In this document: piece by piece, positions 38,042 through 48,518 of the stretch
How positions within the stretch are numbered: the first letter of the stretch is position 1
How the letters are laid out: every line of letters begins with the position of its first letter
From: Candidatus Berkelbacteria bacterium
Lineage (GTDB): Bacteria > Patescibacteriota > UBA1384 > 2-12-FULL-50-11
NCBI GenBank assembly: GCA_016213365.1
Contig: JACRAP010000023.1
Coordinates: 15,871-79,870, forward strand
Direction of reading: 5' to 3'
DNA length: 64,000 nucleotides
Program-made: the position numbers and the translations under genes
The notes under the pieces: generated by a model
What the model saw: only the letters and a program-made list of their open reading frames with translations
Told to the model about the DNA's origin: nothing
The model's database searches: none

Positions 38042-39680
38042 CTAACTCCTTAATTAGCGCAGAAGCTGGCAGTATGTCAACTAAATTTATTTGCAGCTTG
38101 GTATTGCCGTTCCAGGTATTTTTTTCAATGTTCCCAAGTAGATGCGCAGAACTTGTTGGAATTTTTTTTTGCGCAAACGAAAAACCCAGCACATCAATGT
38201 CGTTTTCGATCTGCCACTTAAAATGATTTTCGTTTGCGCCCATTTTGCGCGCAGATCCTAAATTAATATCTTTTAAAATAAATAACGGTTTTGGGTTTTG
38301 GTATCCAAACGGCGCAATTCTATCTAATGAATTTATTAAATCGAACTTTATTTCGTTAATAGTTATGAGTGAATCTGCGACGTAAGTTTTTTGCAAATCA
38401 GCTGATTTTAATTTTGTTTCGGCGTAATGCTTTATGTTATCTACAAATTTTGCGGCGTTTTTTTCGTTAAGCGTTAATCCCGCCGCTTGATCGTGTCCCC
38501 CAAAACGAGATAGATGAACTGACGCAAACTGAAGCGCCTCAGCAATCGAAAAATTACTAATTGATCTAGCGCTAGCTGTAACGTTGCCGTTACTAACACT
38601 ACCAATAATTACTGGGCGATTATATTTCTGAGCTATTTTACCGGCAACTAGTCCCAGTACACCACCTGGCCAATTCTTACCAAACAGAATAAACAATTTA
38701 TCTTCCGGATTATTTTTAATAAATAACTCTGTTTCAGCTTCATTTTGTACATTTAACACTAGTTTTTGTCGCTCAATATTATTGTTGTTTAATTCAATCG
38801 CTAATTTATTTGCTGTGATCGGATCTTTTGTTATTAGTAACTCAAACGCCGGTCGGTTATCGCTAATTCTACCGGAGGCGTTAATGCGCGGACCGATAAC
38901 ATATCCTAATCGCTCGGCATCAATACTTGCAACGTCAACGCCGCTAACTTCCATTAGTGCCTTCAACCCAACTCTACGATTTTTCTTTAATACAATTAGT
39001 CCGTAATAAACCAGTACTCGATTCTCCCCTGTTATCGGCACCATATCTGAAACGGTCGAGATAGCGACCAAATCTAAAAACCATTTCGTTTGATCGCTGG
39101 AAATTTTGTTTGGAAAATATTTAGTTAATGCAAGTGCAAATTTATACGCCAAAGCACAAGCGCATAAATATTTATACGGATATTTTGAGTTCTTTAAAAA
39201 CGGGTCGATTATCGCGCCAGCTTTTGGCAAGGTTTCTTTTGGCAGGTGATGATCAATAATAATTACGGGCATTTTGAATTCGTTAATCTCCTGATTAGCA
39301 GTAATACCGGTGTCGACGGTAATTAACAATTTTGTGCCAGAATCAATTTTTTTTATCGTTTGACTATTTAGGCCGTAACCCTCTTGTCGCGTTGGTAGTA
39401 ATACTTGGACAAGAAATCCCAGTTGCGTTAATAATTCATAAAGTAAGGCGGCGGCTGGAGTGCCATCGGCATCGTAATCGCCAAAAACAGCAATCTTATC
39501 TCCCAGCTTCAATTTCGCTACTAGTTTGCAAGCTTTTTCCATATCTGGCAATAAAAAAGGGTCGTGCAAATGCTTGTCGTAGCTTGGATCAAGCCACTCA
39601 GTCTCGATTTTTCTAACTTTTAGTAAGTGTGTTAATAAATCGTCGTCACTGCGCTTATAGGCGCTCCAGTTGCTTTCCAT
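38034..39680 (-). CDS. recJ: Single-stranded-DNA-specific exonuclease RecJ
   Basis: DHH motifs (VFGDYDADGT, IIIDHH) and a DHHA1 domain. 548 aa. Confidence 0.9.
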   Translation of the reverse strand: MESNWSAYKRSDDDLLTHLLKVRKIETEWLDPSYDKHLHDPFLLPDMEKACKLVAKLKLGDKIAVFGDYDADGTPAAALLYELLTQLGFLVQVLLPTRQEGYGLNSQTIKKIDSGTKLLITVDTGITANQEINEFKMPVIIIDHHLPKETLPKAGAIIDPFLKNSKYPYKYLCACALAYKFALALTKYFPNKISSDQTKWFLDLVAISTVSDMVPITGENRVLVYYGLIVLKKNRRVGLKALMEVSGVDVASIDAERLGYVIGPRINASGRISDNRPAFELLITKDPITANKLAIELNNNNIERQKLVLNVQNEAETELFIKNNPEDKLFILFGKNWPGGVLGLVAGKIAQKYNRPVIIGSVSNGNVTASARSISNFSIAEALQFASVHLSRFGGHDQAAGLTLNEKNAAKFVDNIKHYAETKLKSADLQKTYVADSLITINEIKFDLINSLDRIAPFGYQNPKPLFILKDINLGSARKMGANENHFKWQIENDIDVLGFSFAQKKIPTSSAHLLGNIEKNTWNGNTKLQINLVDILPASALIKELDV

Positions 39681-40486
39681 TATTTAACGTATCCATACCC
39701 CGGCACCCTAACGTCGATTTGGCTGATCGAGCTTTTGCTATTTTTATTAATTAATTGTTCGGCAACGGTAATTTGACTTGAGGCGGGGTAACTTGTTGTC
39801 ATTAAAATAGTAATTGGGTTTTCTAATTTTTTCTTTCCAACTTCGGTAACATTAATACTGAATTGATAATATGTTTGCTTGATACTAAACCCATCAAATA
39901 CTATTCCTTTTTTGTCGGCTTCAGTCATAACTTCGTTATAGAAACTTATTATCAGTTGCGTTGCTACCTCATCGCCAATTTTTACTTTTTGTTTTGCCGT
40001 GTCAATAATCAATAGGTACTTTGACTTTGGTAGCTCTTTAATTTGCGAAAAAATAAAGCCGTCGTTATCAAATGCAAATATTTCTTGGTCTGTTTTCCAA
40101 TAGCCAGAGATACTCCTAAGCTGGGCCTCACAACTAATTGTATCTGGCAACCCTTTCGAACAGTTAATTTTTTTAACGACCGGATCAGTTTTGGAAATAT
40201 TTGAAATTTTATAACTTAGCTCTCTTGAAAATAATCCTAGTCCAATTAATTTCTCTAAACTCGGTTTTACGTATACTTCGTTAACTTGAACGTACTTTAC
40301 CGGGAAAAGCGACAATCTTGAGATGAAAAAAATTATCACTACAAAAAAAAGTAGGACAATTAACGGCTTCAAGTTTTTATCGGATTTTTGAATTTTTTTG
40401 GGTTGTGTTGTCCTGCCGGTGTAATATAAATTTGGTGACCTACTAAATTTCCTCTCCATTGTTTTGCCAGTATCCCAAATAACCAA
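39680..40486 (-). CDS. FtsQ/DivIB-like cell-division protein (single TM plus POTRA-like domain), terminal gene of the dcw cluster
   Basis: Position after murB; N-terminal TM LIVLLFFVVIIFFI. No strong motif; inferred by synteny. Confidence 0.4.
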   Translation of the reverse strand: MVIWDTGKTMERKFSRSPNLYYTGRTTQPKKIQKSDKNLKPLIVLLFFVVIIFFISRLSLFPVKYVQVNEVYVKPSLEKLIGLGLFSRELSYKISNISKTDPVVKKINCSKGLPDTISCEAQLRSISGYWKTDQEIFAFDNDGFIFSQIKELPKSKYLLIIDTAKQKVKIGDEVATQLIISFYNEVMTEADKKGIVFDGFSIKQTYYQFSINVTEVGKKKLENPITILMTTSYPASSQITVAEQLINKNSKSSISQIDVRVPGYGYVK

Positions 40487-41393
40487 CTCTTTGTCTAAGC
40501 GTGTCTTTACTTAAATTTTCTATTTGTATAAATAAATTTCTTAAATCAGTAGAGGTTACTCCTTGTTTAAATTCAATAATATCGCTATCCTTTTTATTTT
40601 GGCTAATTAAGCGATTTGTAAAAATTTCTTTTTTAATATTATTATCGATAAGCTCTTTGATTGAATTATTAAAAACATATGCGTAAGAACGATTAATTTT
40701 TTCAACTTGCCTAATTTGTCGATAATTTTTTATTCGCGTTAATACTTCTCGGATAGTTAAACTGGTTAGTTGTAGTTTTGCCGATAATATTACGGGGGAA
40801 TTAAGCGCATTATTAAATAATAACTCGCCCTTACCCACCCTAAACTCATCGGCTTTGAAAGTTTTAATCTCTGATTTGCCATCCTCGTTTACTAGTAGAT
40901 TAATTTCTTTAACTATTTGCCAGATATATTTGTCGTTAAAATATACACCGGTGGCAATCGCACCACCAACTGTGCCTGGGACCGTTACTAAGTACTCGCA
41001 ACCGCCAAGTCCCCTACCAGCGGCCGTTGTTACAAAATGTTGCAAGTTAACGCCGCTATCGGCAACTACTTGGCTAGAATTATTTACGAAAAATAAATTA
41101 CTGGTTTTATTTACAATAACCAAGCCCTTTATACCGCCGTCACTTGGCAAAGTTGCGTACATCGAACCAACCACCCAATAATTTATTTTGTGGCTAATTG
41201 CTAGCTTAACTAACTCAACTAATTGAGATAAATCGTAAGCAATACTAACAAATTCTGCCACTGCCCCAAGTTTACTTGGCGAATATTCACTGATAGACAC
41301 GTGGGAATGGATTTGCAGTCCTTTGTGAGCGGCTTCGTAAAGGAAAAGCTGGTTACTTGTCGTTAAGTTTTTGGAAGATTTTGTAGACATCAC
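40443..41393 (-). CDS. murB: UDP-N-acetylenolpyruvoylglucosamine reductase
   Basis: FAD-binding PCMH-type domain with VTVPGTVGGAIATGV. 316 aa. Confidence 0.85.
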   Translation of the reverse strand: MMSTKSSKNLTTSNQLFLYEAAHKGLQIHSHVSISEYSPSKLGAVAEFVSIAYDLSQLVELVKLAISHKINYWVVGSMYATLPSDGGIKGLVIVNKTSNLFFVNNSSQVVADSGVNLQHFVTTAAGRGLGGCEYLVTVPGTVGGAIATGVYFNDKYIWQIVKEINLLVNEDGKSEIKTFKADEFRVGKGELLFNNALNSPVILSAKLQLTSLTIREVLTRIKNYRQIRQVEKINRSYAYVFNNSIKELIDNNIKKEIFTNRLISQNKKDSDIIEFKQGVTSTDLRNLFIQIENLSKDTLRQRVGYLGYWQNNGEEI

Positions 41394-42762
41394 CCGCTCC
41401 TACTAGTAAAACAACGTCCTTTTCGCTTACACTACCGGCTAAAAATTGGGCCGCTTCGTCAATTGTTGAGCGATACTCAAAATCATTGCGATATTTTTTG
41501 AGTTCCACTATTAAATCTTTAATTGTTACATACCCACTTTTTTCCCTCGCCGACGCCCAAATATTTAACAATAATAGTTGATCGGCCTTTGAAAGCGATT
41601 TGGCAAACTCTTTTAGAAATTTTCCAGTTCTACTATAAGTATGTGGCTGAAAAACAACGATAATATTTTTTCCTTCAAAGCGATTTTTTGCTGATTCGAT
41701 TAAATAATCGATTGCGGTTGGGTGATGGGCGTAATCGTCGTAAAACTTTGCGCCGTTAAACTCACCTAAATATTCAAATCTTCGTTCCGGGGATCTGATT
41801 TTAGAGAGAGTTTCGATAATTTTCTGCTCGGAAACGCCTAGCTTTAAACACATCGCCAGCGCTGCGGTTGCGTTTAAAGCGTTATGTCGACCGGGTAACG
41901 AGATAGTAATTGGACCGATTACGCCGTCTTTGGTTCGAATTTTGAATTCTGTTTGTTCGCCTTCTTTAAAATCGGTAATTTGATAGCTGGAATTGGCGGC
42001 AAAGCCGTAAGTTATTACCTTTCTATCTACCATTCTAGAAACTAATCTGCGAACTAACGGCCAATCAGTACAGGCAACGATACTACCGTCGCGAGGAATT
42101 TTTAAAACAAACTTATAAAACGCGCCGTAAACCTCTTCGGCTGTTGAAAAAACATCGGGATGATCTAACTCGATACTGGTAATGACGGCGTGCTTGACTG
42201 GGTAATCTAAGAATTTTGGCGAGAGGTCCTCGTCTGATTTTTTATATTCGTCTGATTCGACGATAAAAAATTTACCATCACCGATATCGGAACTACTATC
42301 TAAGCCAGGTACATGACCCGTTCCAATCATATAGCTTGGTGAAAATCCAGCGTTTTTTAAAATTAATGTGATTAAAGATGTTGTTGTGGTTTTACCGTGG
42401 ATACCCGCAACACCAACACCCTCGTATTTTGCGATAAAGCTACCAAGTAGTTCGGACATCGATAAGGATTTAATTTTTTTTGTTTTTGCGGCTTTAACTT
42501 CTGGATTTTGAGCGCCGTAAGCGGCAGAAATTATCACCACGTCTGGTTTTTGATCTAAATTTTGCGCATTGAATCCTTCATTAATTGCGATGTTATTTTT
42601 GTGAAGCACCTCGTCGGTTATAAATTTATCTGGAACATCGCTACCACTGACATTAAACCCTAGTTTTTTTGCCATTACCGCCAGACCGGTCATCGCCACT
42701 CCTTTAATGCCGATAAAATATAAATCTTTAATTGGTTTTTCTTTTTTAGTCATTAATTCCAA
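41353..42762 (-). CDS. murC: UDP-N-acetylmuramate--L-alanine ligase
   Basis: FIGIKGVAMTGLAVM and the P-loop GIHGKTTTTSLI. Confidence 0.9.
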   Translation of the reverse strand: MELMTKKEKPIKDLYFIGIKGVAMTGLAVMAKKLGFNVSGSDVPDKFITDEVLHKNNIAINEGFNAQNLDQKPDVVIISAAYGAQNPEVKAAKTKKIKSLSMSELLGSFIAKYEGVGVAGIHGKTTTTSLITLILKNAGFSPSYMIGTGHVPGLDSSSDIGDGKFFIVESDEYKKSDEDLSPKFLDYPVKHAVITSIELDHPDVFSTAEEVYGAFYKFVLKIPRDGSIVACTDWPLVRRLVSRMVDRKVITYGFAANSSYQITDFKEGEQTEFKIRTKDGVIGPITISLPGRHNALNATAALAMCLKLGVSEQKIIETLSKIRSPERRFEYLGEFNGAKFYDDYAHHPTAIDYLIESAKNRFEGKNIIVVFQPHTYSRTGKFLKEFAKSLSKADQLLLLNIWASAREKSGYVTIKDLIVELKKYRNDFEYRSTIDEAAQFLAGSVSEKDVVLLVGAGDVYKIFQKLNDK

Positions 42763-43840
42763 GTGATTCTATTACTTTTTGAGTCGTTTTATCTTCGTCG
42801 AAATAGGAATTTAATTTTTTACCGAGCTCTGTTTTTTTATTAGTTGAAATTATTTGATCAATTTTTTCGATAAATTTTTGGGGATTAACCTGATGTTCTT
42901 CGATGTATTCAAGCGCTCCGGCTTTACTTAAGAGTTTTGCGTTTTGTAGTTGGTGGTTATTAGCAGAACTTGCGAGCGGTATTACAAACATCGCTTTTGA
43001 AAAAACTGACGCTTCAACAATCGCTGTGGCGCCACTTCGACCGATAATTAAATCCGCAAGTTGCATATAATACGGCAATTCCCTACCGATAAAATCGTGC
43101 GGTCGATAATTATCTCTAATTTCTTCGCTTAATTGGTTTTTTAGCTTAATAAAATCCTCAATATCTGTCGTTCCGGTAGAGTGGATTAATTCGTACTTTG
43201 ACAAAAGTGTATTTATTTCTGATTTGATAAGATTATTTACGAATCGCGACCCTTGCGAACCAGAAAGAACTAAAATTACTGGTTTCTTTTTTTGTGGTGA
43301 TTTTAATTTTGCTGATTTTAGTAAAGATCGACGCACCGGAATTCCAACTTGAATAAATCTGCTATCTGCATCTGGAAAAACTTTGGGATCAAACGCAGTT
43401 AATACTTTATCGGCAAACCGCGCACCGATTCTATTTGTAAGACCCATTATCGTATCCGATTCGTGTACAACTAATTTTCTGCCCAGTAATTTTGTTGCAA
43501 ACACCATCGGAAGCGCTACATAACCACCTTTGCTTAATACCACTTTGGCGCGGCTTGCGCGAAGTAATTTTATACATTGAAAAAATCCGTAAATTACGCG
43601 GAAAACATCAAAAATATTTTGAAAAAAAGATTTAAACTTAACGTATCTTCGCCATTTTCCGGCGTTAATGGCGATAAAGTCTATTTTTTCTTCCTTGGCT
43701 ACCTCTTCTTCTTTGCTATTTTTTGTACCAACATAAGCAAAAGAGATACCCCTTGCCTTAAGCTCCTCGGCAACAGCTATTAACGGATAAATATGCCCGC
43801 CTGAACCGCCCCCAACTAACAACACGCTATATTTCTTCAT
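42746..43840 (-). CDS. murG: Undecaprenyldiphospho-muramoylpentapeptide beta-N-acetylglucosaminyltransferase
   Basis: GGSGGHIYPLIAVAEEL, GT28 family. Confidence 0.9.
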   Translation of the reverse strand: MKKYSVLLVGGGSGGHIYPLIAVAEELKARGISFAYVGTKNSKEEEVAKEEKIDFIAINAGKWRRYVKFKSFFQNIFDVFRVIYGFFQCIKLLRASRAKVVLSKGGYVALPMVFATKLLGRKLVVHESDTIMGLTNRIGARFADKVLTAFDPKVFPDADSRFIQVGIPVRRSLLKSAKLKSPQKKKPVILVLSGSQGSRFVNNLIKSEINTLLSKYELIHSTGTTDIEDFIKLKNQLSEEIRDNYRPHDFIGRELPYYMQLADLIIGRSGATAIVEASVFSKAMFVIPLASSANNHQLQNAKLLSKAGALEYIEEHQVNPQKFIEKIDQIISTNKKTELGKKLNSYFDEDKTTQKVIESLGIND

Positions 43841-43879
43841 ACGAGTATATTTATATCATTTAACCATAAAAAAGATAGA

Positions 43880-44992
43880 CTATTTTTTTATTTCTCGGCT
43901 AATATTTGTCAGTAAGCCCAACATTCCCATCGTAATTATTAACGACGATCCGCCGTAGCTTATCAGCGGTAACGGCACACCAGTTAACGGAATAATGTGT
44001 AAAATTCCGCCGACATTAATTAATACTTGAGCAAATAGCGCCGTAGTAATACCGACCGCTAAGTATTGCACAAATTTTGAGTTAGCAAATTTGGCAATTA
44101 AAAATCCGCGCCATGCGATAATAAAATACATCGAAAAAATTGCGGCTGTTCGAATAAAGCCAAGCTCCTCAGCGATTACCGCAAAAATTGAGTCTGTGTG
44201 AGACTCGGGTAAATAATGTTGTTTACTTGTTCCTTGTCCAAACCCGACTCCCCATAAACCGCCGCTTCCGACCGCTATTTGCGCTTGGTAATTTTGATAA
44301 CCGGAACCGAGCAAGTCTTGGGTTCCGTTTTGTCCTTCAAAGTAATTCTTTAATCGCTCAACTCGGTACGGAGCGAGATAAACTAGTATCAGCAAACAAA
44401 CTAGCCCCAGTACCACCACTCCAAAATAATGTAATAAATCAGCGTTGGCGACAAAATATAAAACCATACCGATTGTTAATATCACAATCATCGTACCCAT
44501 ATCCGGTTCTTTAATTATCAAAAATCCGACAATCGCCATCACAAGTAGAAATGGGGTTAGGCCGCTGGAGATTGTTGAGATATCCTTACCTTTTACTGCA
44601 AACCAACCGGAAAAGTAGATAATCATAAAAAGTTTGGCGAATTCAGCTGGCTGGAAACGAAAGAATCCGACGTCGATCCAACGGTGCACCGACGCAATTC
44701 TTGGCCCAAAAATAAGCACGCTAATTAGTAAAATAATTGTCACGATTAAATAAGTAGAGCGTTGATTATAAAGTCGTTCAATCGGCACTTTTAAAAAATA
44801 AAAAAATGCGATTACTCCAATCACCCAACTAAAAAGTTGCCGAGCGAAAAAATAATAGGCGTTACCGAAATTTTGTGCCGCCGCAAACTGCGATGACGAA
44901 AGAATCATCACTAAACCCGTAATAGACAGAATTGCCCCCACCGTTGGGATAACGGTATCGTAGTTTTGGCGTAGTTTAAACAGCCCCGACAT
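43880..44992 (-). CDS. ftsW: SEDS family cell-division protein FtsW
   Basis: FtsW/RodA family; sits between murD and murG in the dcw order. Confidence 0.85.
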   Translation of the reverse strand: MSGLFKLRQNYDTVIPTVGAILSITGLVMILSSSQFAAAQNFGNAYYFFARQLFSWVIGVIAFFYFLKVPIERLYNQRSTYLIVTIILLISVLIFGPRIASVHRWIDVGFFRFQPAEFAKLFMIIYFSGWFAVKGKDISTISSGLTPFLLVMAIVGFLIIKEPDMGTMIVILTIGMVLYFVANADLLHYFGVVVLGLVCLLILVYLAPYRVERLKNYFEGQNGTQDLLGSGYQNYQAQIAVGSGGLWGVGFGQGTSKQHYLPESHTDSIFAVIAEELGFIRTAAIFSMYFIIAWRGFLIAKFANSKFVQYLAVGITTALFAQVLINVGGILHIIPLTGVPLPLISYGGSSLIITMGMLGLLTNISREIKK

Positions 44993-46358
44993 CGCTTCCC
45001 TTCACTGCGTTCACAAATCGTTCACCTCGATCAGCGGCGCTTTTAAACATATCTAAGCTAGCACAAGCCGGCGAGAGTAGTACTGCTTCACCGCTTTTTG
45101 CGTTACTTATTGCTATCAATACTGCTTGCTCGATACTTTCGGCACGTTCTATTTTAAATTTTGGATTTACTTGTTTTATGGCCTTTTCAATTCGATCAGC
45201 TTCTTGGCCAAGTAATATCGCTAAAGTTGCTTTTTGATTAACGATTTTGGCTAATTCTTCAAAATTTGCGCCTTTTGTTGAGCCACCGCCGATCCAAACA
45301 ATCGGCTCGTCGAACGCTTTTATAGCAGAAATCGCCGCATCGGGGGCAGTGGCGTACGAATCGTCCCAATAACTTACGCCGCCAATGGTCGCAATTTTTT
45401 CAAGTCGATGCGGTAGCGGTTGATAATTTTTAATACCTAATTTAATTTGTTCGATAGTTACACCTAATTCAAGCGTTAGTGCCGTCGCTAATGCGGCATC
45501 TAGAAAGATATGCTCTCCCCTTAATCCTAATTCTTTAAAATCTATTATTTCTTCTCCGTTTTGTAAGAATTTTCCCTCGGCCGTGTAATAAAAGTCTGCT
45601 GATTTTGTCAATCCAACCGAAATTTTTCGAGCATTTGAATTTTCGGCGATACTACTGCTGTATTGGTTGTCGGCGTTAAACACTAATAAATCGTTTGGTG
45701 TTTGAAAAGCGGTAATTTTAGATTTAGCATTTACGTATACGTCCATACTTTTATGAAAATTTGGGCTACGAGCGGATAACGGTTGCAAATGATCTATACC
45801 CATCGGCAACATCACGGCAAATTTTGGGCTATGAGTAACGTCTTCTAGCTGAAAGCTGGAGAGTTCAAGTACGGCGATATCGTCTTCGGTCAGTTCTGGG
45901 TAAACGTCGAAGACCGGTTTGCCGATATTGCCAAGCACATAAATCTTCTTTTCTGTTTGTTCAAGTATTGAACCGATCAAAGTTGAGGTTGTTCCCTTAC
46001 CCTTTGTACCAGTTACGCCGATTGTAATCGCAGGACATAACGCTAAAAATAAATCGATCGCTGATGTACGTATCGGTTGATTTTCCTTACCTGCCAAGCT
46101 CTTATCTATTCGCTCAATTGGTACACCCGGAGAGCGAAATAAGACGTCGAATCTATCTAAATTTTCCAGATGTTGCTCTCCAATTATCTGTTCGACCTTA
46201 GGAAACTGTTGTTTTATTTTTTCGAGCGTTGGACTCTTCGATTGTTCGCAAATAGTTACGTTCGCACCAGATTTTACCAGTAATGGCAAAACGCTTAAAT
46301 TTTCTACCGCACCGCCAATTAAAGCAACGCGCTTAAACGCGAAGTCAGTTAATTCCAT
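44976..46358 (-). CDS. murD: UDP-N-acetylmuramoylalanine--D-glutamate ligase
   Basis: P-loop GVTGTKGKGTTSTLI. 460 aa. Confidence 0.9.
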   Translation of the reverse strand: MELTDFAFKRVALIGGAVENLSVLPLLVKSGANVTICEQSKSPTLEKIKQQFPKVEQIIGEQHLENLDRFDVLFRSPGVPIERIDKSLAGKENQPIRTSAIDLFLALCPAITIGVTGTKGKGTTSTLIGSILEQTEKKIYVLGNIGKPVFDVYPELTEDDIAVLELSSFQLEDVTHSPKFAVMLPMGIDHLQPLSARSPNFHKSMDVYVNAKSKITAFQTPNDLLVFNADNQYSSSIAENSNARKISVGLTKSADFYYTAEGKFLQNGEEIIDFKELGLRGEHIFLDAALATALTLELGVTIEQIKLGIKNYQPLPHRLEKIATIGGVSYWDDSYATAPDAAISAIKAFDEPIVWIGGGSTKGANFEELAKIVNQKATLAILLGQEADRIEKAIKQVNPKFKIERAESIEQAVLIAISNAKSGEAVLLSPACASLDMFKSAADRGERFVNAVKGSDVGAV

Positions 46359-46390
46359 ATCATCAGTATGTCAAATTATTAGGTTTAGTT

Positions 46391-47425
46391 CTACCTACTG
46401 ACCAAGTAGAAGAACAATCCCAGCATCGCCGAAACGGCCGAGATAATCCAAAAGCGCATTGTAATTTTTGGTTCCGGCCAACCGATCGCTTGAAAATGGT
46501 GGTGGATAGGCGCCGATAAGAATATTTTTTTGCCGTTTCTAAATTTTTTCGATGCGATTTGTACTGCAGCCGATAGCCCTTCGACATAAATAACCAGCGC
46601 AATCAACGGTAAAATGAAAACTGTGTCTGTTAAAAATGCCAGCACTCCCAAAGTCATTCCGAGTGCCATTGCACCAGTGTCACCCATAAAAAACCGGGCG
46701 GGATAAATATTAAACCACAAAAATGCCAAGAGCGATCCAAGGATCGTGCCACAAAAAGCTGCGAGTTCTGTCTTGCCTTGCAGTAAGGCGATAATCCCAA
46801 AGGCGGCGAAAGCGCTTGCCATCGTACCGGCAAGCAACCCGTCCAACCCATCGGTTTCGTTGGCCGAAAATGTTGTAAAAACAATTACTGCGATAAAAAG
46901 CGGTATGTACCAGGCGCCGATATCAACCTGTCCGATACCTGGCACCAACAGAACGTTCCAGCCGAGTTTTGAATAAAACCACCACGCGCCAACTGCCGCA
47001 ATGGCAACGTAAATAAATAACTTAGAGCGGAATCTAAAGCCGCCGCGATTCGGGCCGATACCGTAAATATTAAATAAATCATCGAGCGCACCGACAACAC
47101 CGGTTGAAACTAATGCAAAAAGCGGTAGCCATGTTTGAGTTCTGGTTAAATTCATAAGTAACGTGATTACGGCGGTTGTAATCCATATTAATAAGCCGCC
47201 CATCGTTGGCGTATTCTCTTTGTGTTTATGAAGAGAATAAAAAATTGGAGCTTTTTTGGCGTCGAAACTGGTTTGGCGGATACGTTTGCCGAGTTTATTT
47301 TTATAAAGAAAATCGGTAAATAACGGCGTCCAAAGTATCGCAACCAAAAACGACAAACTCGCTAACCAAAATGTTTTTGCTAGTGCGAACTCAGATGCTT
47401 CAAATATCGACATTTTCTCCTCCAA
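46391..47425 (-). CDS. mraY: Phospho-N-acetylmuramoyl-pentapeptide transferase
   Basis: NETDGLDGL motif; polytopic membrane protein. Confidence 0.9.
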   Translation of the reverse strand: MEEKMSIFEASEFALAKTFWLASLSFLVAILWTPLFTDFLYKNKLGKRIRQTSFDAKKAPIFYSLHKHKENTPTMGGLLIWITTAVITLLMNLTRTQTWLPLFALVSTGVVGALDDLFNIYGIGPNRGGFRFRSKLFIYVAIAAVGAWWFYSKLGWNVLLVPGIGQVDIGAWYIPLFIAVIVFTTFSANETDGLDGLLAGTMASAFAAFGIIALLQGKTELAAFCGTILGSLLAFLWFNIYPARFFMGDTGAMALGMTLGVLAFLTDTVFILPLIALVIYVEGLSAAVQIASKKFRNGKKIFLSAPIHHHFQAIGWPEPKITMRFWIISAVSAMLGLFFYLVSR

Positions 47426-48482
47426 ATTTATTTTTAATTCTATCTACAATTACTTGCATATTAACAGACTTGGAACCCTTTACTAAAACAGTATCGCCTT
47501 TTTCGATAAATTCAACAACTTTCGCTGATGCTTCAGCGCTACTACTATAACACCTCCTTGCTCCGAAATGCTTTGCTTCTAACCCAACTGCCACAATTTC
47601 ATCGCAGTATTTTTGTGCGTATTGACCGATTTGCTGATGATATTTTTCGCTGTCGCTACCGAGCTCTTTCATCGATCCTAAGATTGCAACTTTTCTGCCA
47701 GGAAATTTTTTAAGCACATGCAGAGCCGCTTTGACCGCAAGCGGGCTAGAATTATATGTATCATCAATTAAAGTTACGTCGCCAAGCTCGATTATATTTA
47801 AGCGATGCTCTGGGCGTTTAATGTTTTTTATATATTCTTTGATTAATTCACGCTCAACACCCAGTTCAATCGCGATCGCTTCGGTAAATTTTTGGGCAAT
47901 TAGTTCAAGTGGAGTAATTACATTTACAACACGCGCCTTAGCCCTGCGATAATAATCGGTTAAAAATTCATCGGAGCTGTTTACAAAAACAATACCGTTT
48001 TGCTTTGTTCGCTCGGCGATATAACCCTCGTCTTTTACAACCTCTCGCATCGACGGATAATTCGCCAAGTGTGCCGGACCGACGATGGTGATTACGCCGA
48101 TATCAGGGGGGAGTTGCTCGGTTATCGCTTCAATATCCCCTGGCTGATCGGTCCCGTATTCTAAAACAAGGATCTTTGGTAATTTTTTGAAAAACGAGCG
48201 TAAAATTGCTCTTAGTAATATTTTAAACCAAGCAAAATAGCCGATTTTTTGTTTATAGAAGTCTAATTCGAAACCAAATATAGATAACGGCACGCCGAGC
48301 AAACTGTTCAAATTGCCGTAGCCAACCCTGACTTGAGTTGGAAATTGTTGGTTTAGCAACTCTCCCAATGCGGTTTTGGTAGATGTTTTTGCGATCGCAC
48401 CGCCGATAGCGATTATCTTTGGCTTATCTTTAGCAATTCTTCGCTTTGCGGCCCACCATAGTATTTTTTCTCTGATACCCAT
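47400..48482 (-). CDS. murF: Mur ligase, most likely MurF (UDP-MurNAc-tripeptide--D-Ala-D-Ala ligase), lacking the usual N-terminal domain
   Basis: P-loop GGAIAKTSTKT, and NSSPLAVKAALHVL...VAILGSMKELG matching the MurF-type DDSYNANP...GDMxELG pattern. Only 360 aa. No second Mur ligase between ftsI and mraY. Confidence 0.65.
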   Translation of the reverse strand: MGIREKILWWAAKRRIAKDKPKIIAIGGAIAKTSTKTALGELLNQQFPTQVRVGYGNLNSLLGVPLSIFGFELDFYKQKIGYFAWFKILLRAILRSFFKKLPKILVLEYGTDQPGDIEAITEQLPPDIGVITIVGPAHLANYPSMREVVKDEGYIAERTKQNGIVFVNSSDEFLTDYYRRAKARVVNVITPLELIAQKFTEAIAIELGVERELIKEYIKNIKRPEHRLNIIELGDVTLIDDTYNSSPLAVKAALHVLKKFPGRKVAILGSMKELGSDSEKYHQQIGQYAQKYCDEIVAVGLEAKHFGARRCYSSSAEASAKVVEFIEKGDTVLVKGSKSVNMQVIVDRIKNKFGGENVDI

Positions 48483-48518
48483 AAGCTGATGTTAACTCGA
48501 ACAGGTGAAAGTTACAAC